Below are positions 50,488 through 63,014 of a stretch of 64,000 nt of DNA, one piece after another. Positions within the stretch are counted from its first letter, which is position 1. Each line of letters opens with the position of its first letter. The notes under the pieces were generated by a model. The model saw only the letters and a program-made list of their open reading frames with translations. It searched no databases and was not told the DNA's origin. Both the position numbers and the translations under genes were made by a program. Source of the DNA: Mytilus californianus (taxonomy: Eukaryota); NCBI RefSeq assembly GCF_021869535.1, contig NW_026262701.1, positions 70,556,001-70,620,000 of the forward strand. Reading direction: 5' to 3'.

Positions 50488-50607
50488 TTATGTACATGTG
50501 TAACCATTTAACTGTTTAACAGCTTCTTGTCTGTGTCTCAAGAATTGGTCAATGTTATCTGATCTCGATATTTCAATATTTGGAGAAAGTGGACTTGAGC
50601 AAGTTAC
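50488..50607 (-). CDS. IRF: IRF putative last coding exon (VTCSSPLSPNIEISRSDNIDQFLRHRQEAVKQLNGYTCT*)
   Basis: Strong acceptor TTCTTTTTTTACAG at 50608-50621; open in phase 0. Confidence 0.75.
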   Translation of the reverse strand, partial: VTCSSPLSPNIEISRSDNIDQFLRHRQEAVKQLNGYTCT

Positions 50608-53600
50608 CTGTAAAAAAAGAAGAAAACAGTTCCGTCAACTAAATAAGTATACAAAGTCATTTTCATAATCAAGTAGTTTTAAAAAAAATGAATAAGTGAT
50701 TCAAACGACTGTTATTGCTTAAAAGTTAGATATTATTAACAATAATAATGAAAACGTCATTAAGACAAGAACAGATTGCGACTGACTAACTGACAAACTC
50801 TTTAACTACTTTGCTGTGGAACATTAATGATTCAGTCAAACAAATGAAAGTCCTGTTAAGAAAATTGTTATACTCCTTCTCTTATAATAAATAGCTGAGA
50901 ATCGAAAGTATCTGTACAAAAAAAAAAGCCCACCAAACACCTAGAAGTTTCCCTTCTTTAGAAAAAGAAGTCATTGACGCTTTGTCAATACGATGGCCAC
51001 TATGCCATTAAGAACTGTTTATGTCATGTTTAACTGAAAAAAGGGGTTTGGAAAGTCGAATATTTACTAGGAAACTAGTTAACATCCACGTGTATATAAG
51101 TCTTTAGGCACCTTGTGTCTTTAGGCTAGCGTCACAGCATAATAATTTTGAAACTCGTCGTTGTCTTCAAAAAAAATAACAAGGTGACCTGGAGCTAAAA
51201 GTATGTGAGATCGAGTTTCTCAACCATTCGCTGAAGGTTAAACGCTAGACAGTACGCAAATAAAACTAAAATGCATGGAATTTTACGGATGTATTGTAAG
51301 TTGAGTTAAGTCCCTTTAAACAAACACACAAAAAAATAACTGTTAATTTCATACCTTACACAGTTGTTGATATGCCTGTTCCAGGTAGATTTTTGACCAT
51401 ATTAGATTGTTTCTGAATTCAGTTTCCCCTCCACACCACTTTTGACCAAAGCTGATCATAACCTCTGCCGAAGGACGTGGTCCTTTATCATTTATATATC
51501 GATGTAAACTGGGCTCAAACCAGTTAAAGTAATCGAATATTATAGTTGGTTCATCCCGGTTCAATTTAACCGGCTCTGGGGAATTGTGTAGTTGAACAAA
51601 TATGGTACATCTAAAATTTATAACAGAAAGTTTTTTGGTTTTCTTCTATAACACTAACGTAAAAGATATACACGTTCCAGTGAAAAATGGTGTATGAAAG
51701 TAATAAACACAACTACTATAGAAAAAAACCAGAAATTACAGATTTAGTCAATCGTGCGAGGATTCTCGAATACTCAGTTGAGTTGAATGAATAATAACCA
51801 AACTGTAATTAATGATAAAAGTATTTTGGAATAACGAATTAAAAGAATGCCGTTGAACTACGCTCGGTCAATATCTTTGATGGCAGACAGTTTAGCTATA
51901 TATTGTAGCGCTTGCTTGTTATCTTTTCTGGCAGACTGTTGATATTATGTAATAGTTATACACCGAGTTATACGGAGGCCGGAGGGGTTTCTTATCCAGA
52001 CACGCCGTATCCCGAGGTGTATAACTAACTTCCACCCAATTCTAAACCCTATATTTGTTAACATTGGTTATTAAATGAAAAAGAATGGATAGCATATTTA
52101 TTGACAAAATCGAACCATGAATTTTAAGAAAAATATTTTTTGTTTACATGAAACCCCACTGTAACCTTACTTTGGCTATGTTCTTTCAAACTTTGACAAG
52201 TGAGTAGATTTTACAAATGTCAAAGTTGCTGTTTTGCATATTCCCGTTAAATCCTGGTGCAAATATGGATCAAAAGTTCAAGGTTGACCGTTTCGTGCAT
52301 TCTTATCACAAAAAAAAATACATCATGCTCCTTGTATGCAGTTGTCAATATGGACGGGTATAAGACGGACAACATTTTGAGTTAAGCGTTGGATTTGGTA
52401 GAAAAGACTAAAGATAAAGGCAATAGTATAACCCAAAGTACTTACCTGTATCAGTTTAATGAAGGTAATCATAAATGTATTTTTTATGTGACGGTTTAAA
52501 AAAAAAAAAAAGAAGCCCCCCCCCCCCCCCCCCCCCATCTCGAGAATAATCAAACATTCATATTCGGACACACTGAGGGATAGGTGTGTTTGGATTAGAA
52601 ACCCGACGACCGGGATCCACGGGGGGGGGGGGGGGGGGGGGGGTCCGGGAGTTAGAACCCTGTTTTTTTTTAAGATCAATGCTTTAGAATAGAGACATGT
52701 GACTGGGATCAAAAATTTTACCTTCAAGCAAAGGAGTATTTAGGGAGCAACCATTTTAACTTCAAAGGTTTTTTTTGGGGGGGGGGGGGTATGTTTTTTG
52801 TCGGAGTCAGAAATTTAGTTTTTCAACGCTATCAATCAAATTATTTTTCCCTTGAAGGATTTTTTTTATTCAAAATAGATGCTTAATATTTTTTCGCTAT
52901 TGGAATTTCCTAAAATGTTTTTTTTAATATCTTGAAACAACTTGTAGTGAACACTATTAGTAATTTCTTATGTTCATGCTATTTAAAAAAAATAATCAAT
53001 TTCTATTGTAATGAATAACAATGGACTTTGTTTTCGGGATGTAGAAGCAGGGGTTTCCAGAAACCCCGCTCGTCACACCCTGTGGTCAAAATCCATTGTT
53101 ATTCGTAACAATAGATCTATTCAATTTACACTTGTTTCAGAAATAGAAACTATGAAGTATAACAATAGTTATGGGGTGTAATAGGTGTGAAGCTATATAC
53201 TTTGATACTGGCTTCAATATACGAATATTGTTATAAGAAATTTGCGGTGATAAAATTGAGAGCAAATTCATTTACAGAATCGTCGCTCGTTCTCCTCATG
53301 CATAAACTTTTTTTCAAATCTTCGTTGTTGGATCTAAATTTCAAATTCACTAATGTTGAGCAACATTCAATATAAGATATAAAAAAAACTAATATGATGA
53401 GTCATCATTTATAAAGCGTTGAAATAAAATTCTTTCTATGTTTGTTACCTGCATTTTCTAGTAGCAATGATCTGACCATTCTGAACCCTGATGATTATCC
53501 CACGATCGAGGTAATTCAGCAATGTAAGTGTCATTTCTTCTTGCTTTTTGTTTTCCAAAAAACACAACGGAAAATGCACTTGATCAACATCATTTGGACC

Positions 53601-56600
53601 ATATACCTGTGAAAAAAAATATAATTTACTTTATTATTGACAGAAAGTATGAAAGTATTGACACAAATGATATTTATTTGTTATCTTTAGTTATATATCG
53701 TGCCATAATTCTAAAAATGCAGTGGTTATCATGTTTGTTTTCAAGCTGTACGCTAAGCAAAATTGTAATTTATGAGATAATACACAGTCTAAGCACTATA
53801 ATGTGGCCATAGACAAATTAAATGATAAAAGTTTGAAGAAAATAAAAATACAGCTCTTATGAATGATTTCTGAAAATAATTTAAAATCATACTAGTTTCT
53901 TATTTTTTAACAAAATAGATAAATTTATAGAACATTCGTAATTAATAAGTCATCTGAGTTATCATCAATCATAATGCAAAGTTAACAAAAAGCTTTTAGA
54001 AGCAAAGATGTTTTTGTCTCTTATTTCCAAAAATCCCACAAATAAATATGCAGTTATAAACAAAATTGTAGTAAAAATCTAAAACTATTTTTTGCTGTTA
54101 TTTCGGATATACACCCATACATTAAAAAGAAAGACGAAGTCATATTTTGCGTTTATTTTACCATCTTTATAAACTTAAAAAGAAAGCTTTCAGTGAATGA
54201 AAATAGTAGCTTGCACTTGATGACATAGTCCGATTGTGAGGTCATAAAGAAGATTTGTTAGATATTCAGTGAAATCATGATTCATTCAGGAACAAAAGTA
54301 CTTGCGACTTCCAAAAAGTAAATAGATAAATACAAAAAAACTGAATTCCTGTTTAAGTACATTTGTGATCGAGAGTTGAACTTTAAATTAATTTCAATTA
54401 TTTATGAGTCCTACAGTAATTTGCAAAATGTTGCCATGTTTTTAAATTTAATGTTATCTTCGGGTTTAAAGGCTCTTTTTTAACTTCATATTTGATCGGG
54501 TCTTTCAAATGTTCTTGTTCGCGCGTCATTGGTGAATCTTATCTAGACGAAACGCTTGTCTGACGTACCAAATTATAAGCCTGGTAGGTTCTATGAGTTT
54601 TATTAATATCATATATTATAATTGTTTCAAATGTACATTCCATTCTCTATTCTATTAAATCATAATCTCACATCCTGTTTTTATTTCACTGTTGGGAATC
54701 AAATCTATTTAAATTTCCACAATCACTTTTATTTTCAGCACCTTGAAATTACTTTCTTATAAGACGACTGTTGATTTCGATAGCGCTTAAAAATGGGACG
54801 AAAAAGATTTTGTAGGCGTTCACATGTCTTAACTCCAAAAATTTTCAATTATTACCAATTCTTAACCCCCCCTCTCCCTATTCAAGGTGATGCATAAAAT
54901 TCATGAAAGATACAGATTTATCCATGTGTAAACGTTTATGATGATTCCATATCTTTCCTTGAAATGATTCAACGATGTTTAAATTACAACGGAGTTGTTG
55001 TTATAATAACAGTGGAGTATAAATACTAAAAAAACTCATCAAAGATACCAGGCTTATACGTTTGTACCCAAGATGAGCGTTTTTGTCTTCAAAAGACTCG
55101 TCAGTGACGCTCGAATAAAAAGATTTATAGGGGCAAATAAAGTACGATGTTGAAAAGCAACGAGGACCTAAAATTCCGAAAGTTTTGCCACATACAGCTA
55201 AGGTAATCAATTCATGGAGTAGAAAAGCCATTGGACCAATGTTAAATACGCGCCTTCAACCAACAGTATCATACACTGGGAGTTATTTGGAAAAGCCAGT
55301 TTACCACTTAAAAATCACCAAAAGGAATTTTTTTTTAAAAGTAAACAATTTTCTATGGGCACTTGTAATTTGAAATTAAAGAGGATTTGACAATTAACTT
55401 TTGTTGACAAAGGTTGATGTAAACATACTTTACATGCTTTTTAACCCAAAAGTAAACACTTGAAAGTTGATTTAAATTCAAAAGAGTTTATATAGAGATG
55501 TATAATAAACTGTCAACAGTGCTGCACGTTTTAACAAAATGTCCTCACATAAAAATAAAAACCACCTACACTACGCCAACAATCGCACATAAATCTTTAC
55601 AGCTTATCTTTAATTATTATTTTTAGCTTTAGATAAAAAAAATTGAATTGGATGACCAAATACGTAGACACTGAACACGGAAATTATATCTAACAAAAAA
55701 ATGGTTTTCTACTTCAATTTGTTTTAATTTGTATTCAAAAACAAGTGGGTACTTACATGTAATTTGACATCAATTACTCAACAGTTTCTGAATACTAATT
55801 TTCATTTCTGTTTCTTTTACAAAGACAGTGTTGTATTCAGCGTCATATCGCACACAGATGCCGTGCAAGTTTGATAAAAAGCATTTATACATTTATGGAA
55901 TTTGTTATTGATAAGGGTCGCATATCCACAAAAAAACACATAATCGGTCAAATGGAACGAATGCAAATTAGATCTGTAAGTCATCACTATATACTAATGT
56001 ACACACTTAGGCGAAGATTAGCAGGCATAACTAAAATAAAATATTTCTGGACAGAAAGACAGGAGTATTGAAAGACTTGTATGGGTAACAGTATATGTAT
56101 ATAAAAATAATTGATGTCATCTCAAGAAAACGAAAACCTGATAACTACCTCATTTTGTAAGTGAACATTTAGTTCCATATCGGAAGGTCCATAATAAAGT
56201 CGACATCCTCTAGAGTTATGAACAGTATGGCTTCCAAGATCAACATGTCTGTATCCAAGTTTGAACACCATTGTAGGATCTGCAGGAAAAACAATCATTT
56301 ACAATTGTCATCTGAATCATTAAAGACAATTAAGGCATATTTCTTTAACCACCAATAACCCAATACATTACTTTATGGAGACAAATGGCCCCGTCAATGG
56401 CAGTCTTTTTTGAAATTATATCCTAAAAAGACATATATTTCGGCACAACGAAAGGAGTTTGTCAATGTCGGTCTTTTTCACAAGGTAAGATTTGTTTCGT
56501 TGATATATATTGTAATATTAATGGACAAAATTTCGTTTTTTCAATACTTAGCTTTACGGAATCTTTGTACAATCTTTAGACTAGTATAATATTTTGTTGT

Positions 56601-58286
56601 TTGTGAAACACTCTCATCTCGCATATATGTTGATTTATTGAGCTTGATGTCATTTCAAAGGACAGAATTTACTAATTAAGTATTTTCAACAATTTTCAGT
56701 ATTTAAAAGAAAACCCAATTTTGCTTTATTTCATTTACGATGGCTTCGAAAAGCCCTCACTGTCCTTTCTTATTTCTTACCGACTTCTCTGTTCTGTAAT
56801 GAAATCTCGCCTTGGGCAGGGTTAATGGCATTAATTCCTAAAAAAAAAATATATATGTAATTGAATAAGAGAATACTTAGCCACATCTCTGCAGGTGTAG
56901 TTGTAACATAACCAACAGAACTGTTTTTGTTTGTTTTCTAAGTTTGTCACTATAATAATAGTATTTAATATCATATTTTGTCTGAATTTGATTAAAAGGT
57001 TTTCAAAGAATATGTGAGTTTATTGTATTAATTAATGTCAGTACAATACAAATTTGTACTAAAGTATTTCTTTTTTATGAACTGATTTCAAAACAGAGGT
57101 CACTTGGTGCTGCTTGGATTTCACAGAATCCATACCATAATTGACGAAATAATCGCTAAGGAGTTCAGTCACACCTAAGTAAGACGGAACGTCAATTGTA
57201 ACTACTTTACTTGTTTTGTTATTCAAAAAAGTTATTTAATCTTGACCTAACTTTATAGTATAACAGATTCACGCGTATATATCTGGTTTCTTACAACATT
57301 GTGTCAAATTTCTGAACATAAAACAGATTATAAAGGCTAACAGAGATCTCAAAACTGCATTTTTGAATTATTTTAGTTTTTATGTTTAAAGTATAATAAA
57401 ACAGATACAAAGCATTCTAGATGTCTCTTGACATATACAAATGAATAAGTCAAACCACAAACATGACTGCAATATTTTTCATATCTCCTTGAAAAACTTC
57501 GGAAATACCATAATGTGTATAATGTCAATGTGTGCATCTGACTTATCAATGAAAAGTGAGTGTTCAACTTCATTGGTATTCTTTAGTATTCCGACAACGT
57601 TTCATATGATATAGATATTTGGAATAAAGAATTGTTTTCTTGACTCGGAAATATGCTTCACAATCTTGCTTCGGGCAATTTTAATACATAGATTTTTGGA
57701 AAAAAATACTTGTTTCATATGGTTCGACATAGTATGTTAATTGAGTTGTTGCACGGTAGTGAATAAGCAGTTTGGTCAAATAGAGCTGCACCATGAGCGC
57801 ATATTACACCCGTCGCTTTTTTAACGAATAAAGTTCCATAACTACTTAATGTCATATCAGAAATTTATAAAAAACAAATATTTTAATAGAGATAAACCAG
57901 TCACCAAAATGTCATGAAAATTGCTCAAAGCACTTTTGAGTTACTGTTCGAAAACTGGAACATCCCCCTTTTTATTAATCAAATCCCATAACTCGGAAAC
58001 ATACACATCGAAAGGGAGCTTACGTCAATAGATATAAACAATTCACCAAAGTTTCATGCATATTGGTTAAAGCGTTTTTGAGTTGTGGTCTGACATGTTG
58101 ACGACGGACGGACAGACGGACAACGGTATACCATAATACGTCCCGTAAACGGGCGTTTAAAAATAAAATAAAACATACCATCAGCCGTCTTGGCAAGTCC
58201 ATTTGTTATTGGTTGCATTCGAAGATCTCTTAAATCTGACGGTAGATTGCCTGATGGTATTATGTTTTCATCTATATCAATTTCAC
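50488..58286 (-). CDS. IRF: Interferon regulatory factor (IRF) with IAD/SMAD-FHA domain, 5'-partial; complement(join(50488..50607,51355..51610,53449..53606,56149..56279,58179..58286)), 256 aa
   Basis: Five GT/AG exons with matching phases (1,1,0,2,0). IAD motifs MVFKLGYR..HTVHNSRGCRL, YGP..VDQVHFP..LLNYLDRGIII..IATRKCRCTIF, KL.RDEPTIIFD, EVMISFGQKW. Subfamily not assigned. Confidence 0.85.
51355..51610 (-). CDS. IRF: IRF IAD exon
   Basis: TTTTAG|A TGT..AAG|GTATGA; 1+255 nt open. Confidence 0.85.
53449..53606 (-). CDS. IRF: IRF IAD exon
   Basis: TTTTTCACAG|GTA TAT GGT CCA..TGC AG|GTAAC; 156+2 nt open. Confidence 0.9.
56149..56279 (-). CDS. IRF: IRF exon at start of IAD
   Basis: TTTTCCTGCAG|AT..GAG|GTAGTT; 2+129 nt open. 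Confidence 0.85.
57777..58163 (+). mobile_element. Helentron/HINE-like non-autonomous element in an IRF intron
   Basis: (GGAC)n microsatellite at ~58102-58120 and 3' hairpin CGTCCC-gtaaa-CGGGCG followed by an A-rich end. Confidence 0.6.
58179..58286 (-). CDS. IRF: IRF linker exon
   Basis: TTCTTTCAG|GT..G|GTATGT; phase 1-1, open. Confidence 0.75.
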
Positions 58287-59440
58287 CTGAAAGAACAAGT
58301 AATTTAGATTTAAAACAACGTCACCGATTTGAATATACCCCTATTTCACAACCCATCCCATAAATGAAATGTTCTATATACGCATTACATTCAAACTAAC
58401 ACCATGTATATGCATACGTCTTTTTCCAATAAAGCCTATGTTTAAAGTTACAGAGTAATTTCTAATGCAGCTCTATATAATTTCCATATCCTTATTATTT
58501 CAAATATTGTTTAATTCAACCTCGAAATCTTTTGTTATTTTCTAAATTAGGAACGTTCAAATCTAAAACTTTGAAAGGGTGTATAAATACGAAACTATTT
58601 AAACGACCAAATAAACTCATCATAGATACAATCACAGAAAAAGGGACATACAAAGAATAGCAAAATCCACCTCAGTGTCGACTTTGTCTTCGGGAGTTGG
58701 AACCTTAGTTTCTTAATATTTTCTAAATTTATCAACGGAGTATTTATAGTAGGTATATTATAAATCATGTCAGTATCGAATCACTGACTATCCAGCTGAT
58801 CATACCATCAGGGACTAGCAGTCAACCAACGGCGGTATCGATCCAGTGCTAGAAAATATCAAATACACCCTTTATATAAAGACAACTTGTACAATAGTAG
58901 ATAACTTGTCATGATTTTATTGATAAGTCTTAATTTCCCCAAAAGATGTAGGAAACAATAACATTTTGGAATTGTTCTTCAATGTTGTATTCTATTTTTA
59001 CCTTGCAACTGCTTTGATTAGACCGTCACTGATGAGAGTTATGTACAAAAGTATAACAAAATTACCGAATACCAAGGTAAATTATAAAAGGGCGAATTTC
59101 ATAATAACTGACAAAATCAAACGTTATCAAGCAACAGAACAAGTGAAAAACAACTGTCATATTCATGATTTGGTACAGGAATTATCCGAGAAAAATGGTG
59201 GGTTAAACCTGGTTATAGCTAGCAGAAAGATGAAACGCGCGTCTGGTTTTTGTTTTCTTTCGATTCATGGTATTCGATTGTCCCTTATTATCTTCTCTTC
59301 TTTTAAATGGATATTTCAGATAACCTCTTGACGTCAGCGTACTACATTCGCAACTAAAATGGTAAACATGCTTATTTAGTTGACTCGGAAAAAGGCACAC
59401 CATCCTAAGTAGGAGGCGACAGGTGTATACAGATGATTAA

Positions 59441-60021
59441 AGGAGTAGGCACGGTAATACCCCTTTTTTGCCCCAAAATATAGAGCTTTTACAAAGTCGT
59501 TAGAAATGTAAACTTTTAGCTATTTATTGGAAAGTAGAATACTTTTGTTTCATAAATATGGGCTGTTTTTGACAATTCAATGGACATGCATCAGGTACTA
59601 GCATCATTAATTCATGCACAAATGCTGAAATCTTCACAATTTTAGCATGTGTGATAATTTTAAGACGGTATTTGTCTAAATTGGAAGTGGCCACACTTGT
59701 GTTCAGTCTTGATATTCTAATAAATATTGTATTTAATGATAATACATTATATATATAAATGTTGAGACTGAATACGAATGCGGCCACTTCCATTTTAGAC
59801 AATAAGCGTCTGAAAAGTGACGTTTTATGGCATATTTAATAGATTTTTCATATTTAACCTTGAATTTGAGAGTCTTTAATGACCAAATCAGTTCAAATCT
59901 TTAACAGAAACTAATATAATCGACTGAAGTAGACATTAAAGTACTTAAAACATGTCAAACATCTTTCATCAGGTGTACTTCGAATTTTAGGCCAAAATTA
60001 GCCCTTACCGGACCTTCTCCT
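59441..60021. mobile_element. Second copy (inverted) of the 24598-25179 MITE
   Basis: TTAA|AGGAGTAGGCACGGTAA ... CTTACCGGACCTTCTCCT; internal sequence is the reverse complement of the nested copy. Confidence 0.7.
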
Positions 60022-62734
60022 TTCGAAAATCCATTTATATACACATCAAGATAAAACATAGGGATTTGCATAATGAAAATAGTAGAGGCAATAACTTATC
60101 AAATATACCAGGCTTATAATTTAGTACGCCAAATACACCGTTCCATCTACACAAGACTCGTCGGTGACGCTAGAATCAAATTAATTAAAAAGCATTTAAA
60201 ACCAAAGATCCCAAACAGTTGTGCCAAATTTTGTAATAGCCATCTAAACCTGGGGTGTTTAAAAACCTTAGAGTTCGCCTGACAAATTCTTATTTTAAGA
60301 ATCAATGTTTATCCTGATATCCCTTTACATCCCCAAAGACTAGTCTTAGCTGAAAAGCAACAACTGAATTTTACACCACATCAATTACTGGTAGTCGATA
60401 CGTTTTACTTATAGTCAGTCCGAACGTTATGATGACAAATATATTTGTGGAATAATTTAAGGACTTGATGACCTTTCTGTATCTTAAACTATTCTAATTT
60501 GACATTTACATTAAAAAAAATACATCTCCTTTGTATATTTTGCCGTCTAAATATTATGTTGTGAGCGTGTGTGAATGATAATTTGAATTAAAGAAAAGGG
60601 CTTCAGACTAAACAAGTCAGACTAATATGAATATGTAATCCGGCAAAAATAATTTTTGTTTATGGTAAGTATTGTTTAAAAAAATTTGCCATTAAAATGT
60701 ATATGAAATTAAAATAATCTCCTTAGCTGCCTGTCACATTCTTAAAAGAAATGCAATCCTACACAGACATTTAGTTTAGGCCTTTTGCAACTGTTAAGAT
60801 TACTGGTGCATCAGGTACTTGGGATATAAACTAGAAGTAGAAAACTTTTCTATAACTAACACTAATTTCACGATGGATTATTGAAAATGCATTTACAACA
60901 TTACTTGGAATTCCGATCTTAAACACTATATGTTTGTGCTCTATTCATGTCAAAGAAAAAGCTGTGCTGGCTTACGTATTTTCCATTTCAGTGTTACCAA
61001 CAATTCTACCAGATTTTCCAAGTAAATACGAGATACTTAAAATGAGAAGATTACTGAAAATGTATTGACATTTAAAATAAATAACAATACAGCAAAAAAA
61101 AAAAACATCTTTTGAAATCAAGCAAAACATTTCACCTTGACACAATTGTGATATCTTACAAAAAAATAACATGGAAGTATTTTAATATAATCAGGTATTA
61201 ATTTCCCTTCAAAATGTAAATAATATAAAGTCATACACCTGTCACGGAAGGAAGGTCACTCTGGTATTGTATTTCGAGACCTCCAAAACAAATTTGAGAA
61301 ATCAACAAACATGTTAACAACCCTTTGATGATACATAATTTACTATGAGAAATATGGGATTTAAAAGAGATTATCGAGGATATCGAATAATAAAGGAACG
61401 CTGTAAAACAAAATTCTAGATATGACAAGTATATCAAAAAGTCCGCTCAACAAGTAATTTATGAATGATAGATAATATAACATTGACTATGAATTGGGAA
61501 ATTAAGTTCTCTTTTGCCATGTTGGACTAATAAACTATTCTAGGACACCGCATCAACAATTGTAATAAACTCATTTCTATCATACTGCAAACTGTTTTAG
61601 CTGATTTTGTAGATAAAACGTACATATCGCAATAGTTTACAGCATTCAATTCAAATCTCACAATTATAATGTATGCAATACTAATCAGTAATATTGTCAT
61701 ATTCATACAGTAGACAAATATTGCGTGATAAGCCCATATTTATAAACTAAAATGTCAAATCAATTAGTTGCATTGAAAAACGACTAACAACGCATACTAA
61801 GATCTTTAAAGAGAAGTTAAAATTTGTACAAAAAGTATCATTAAGATAATAACCGGGAAAAGATGCGCATTTAAATGATTGAATTTCGTTTAACCTTCTA
61901 TAAATTTTCATTTTGAAGATTTTTCCTATGAATTTTGGAAACATTTAAAATATTGGTAACGAAAAACAATTCTTAAAACGAAGATACAAATGCAAGCATA
62001 TCTAGATTTCTGCATTCATTTAATCGAAGAATTTTATTTTTATTGCAGGGATTTTGTGTCATGAATTAATACATCATATCCCATATTTCATACTCGCAGG
62101 TACATAAACTGATCATAAATAATAGTATTAAACTTTTGTACGCCAGACGCGCGTTTTGTCTACAAAAGACTTATCAACAAAAAGGCCAAATAAAGTACGA
62201 AGTACATATGAAATAAATAGATCGATTACTTACTCCACCAACTACTAACAATGACAACTAATAATATAGGGTTATAGGTTATAGCACTTATATTGAGGAA
62301 TTTTGTCCAGATCAGCATATTAAATTGTACAAAATTGCGAATGCAATATAAAAAAGAGGGGGGGGGGGGGGGGGGGTGGGTGGGGGGTGGGGGTGGTTAG
62401 CGCAATAAACTTTTTATAATATAGTACAAAATTCTCTCTTTCAATTCCTGCAGCTCGGATGCATGCAGTAAAGACGATGCTTATTTACGCTATCTGTTAA
62501 TCACTCGTTTATTTGCTTGCGTGTAAATATGGTTTGACTTGAAACATCGTAAGTGCCTACAGAATTTTAAGGAAAAAGTATCGAATGCAATTTCGGTAAA
62601 GATGCAATATTTTTAACACTTTGGAGATGCTCTCCTCTTAGGTGATCTACTAACAAAAGACCAGTAAAACATTGGCAAATATTGCATTATTATTTTACAA
62701 AGAAATCTACATGAAATATTTTACACTATAGTAT

Positions 62735-63014
62735 AAACAAGAATGTGTCCATAGTACACGGACGCCCTATTTTCTATGTTCAGTGGACCGTAAAATTGGG
62801 GTAAAAACTCTAATTTTGGCATTAAAATTCGAAAGATCAAATCATAGGGAACATGTCTACCAAGTTTCCATATGATTGGACTTCAACGTCATCAAAAACT
62901 ACCTTGACCAAAAACTTTAACCTGAAGCGGGACAGATGAACGGACGAACGAACGAGCGGATGCACAGACCGAAAAACATAATGCCCCTCTACTATCGTAG
63001 GTGGGGCATAAAAA
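62735..63014 (+). mobile_element. Helentron/HINE-like non-autonomous element
   Basis: AAACAAG start, GGAC/GAAC microsatellite, 3' hairpin ATGCCCC..GGGGCAT at 62981-63009, then AAAAA. Confidence 0.6.

Noticed and set aside
52323-52727. 134-aa minus-strand ORF in an IRF intron
   Set aside because: Built from poly-G/poly-C runs and a MITE-like fragment; inserting an exon here would break the 53449->51610 phase match.
57075-57215. Possible additional IRF linker exon (..DVPSYLGVTELLSDYFVNY G|GTATGG)
   Set aside because: A phase-1 donor exists but the upstream AG lacks a polypyrimidine tract; unsupported.
61240-61400. Possible upstream IRF exon ending ..QSDLPSVT G|GTGTAT
   Set aside because: Phase is compatible, but the donor is weak and the full ORF is hydrophobic and unlike an IRF linker. 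RNA evidence is needed.
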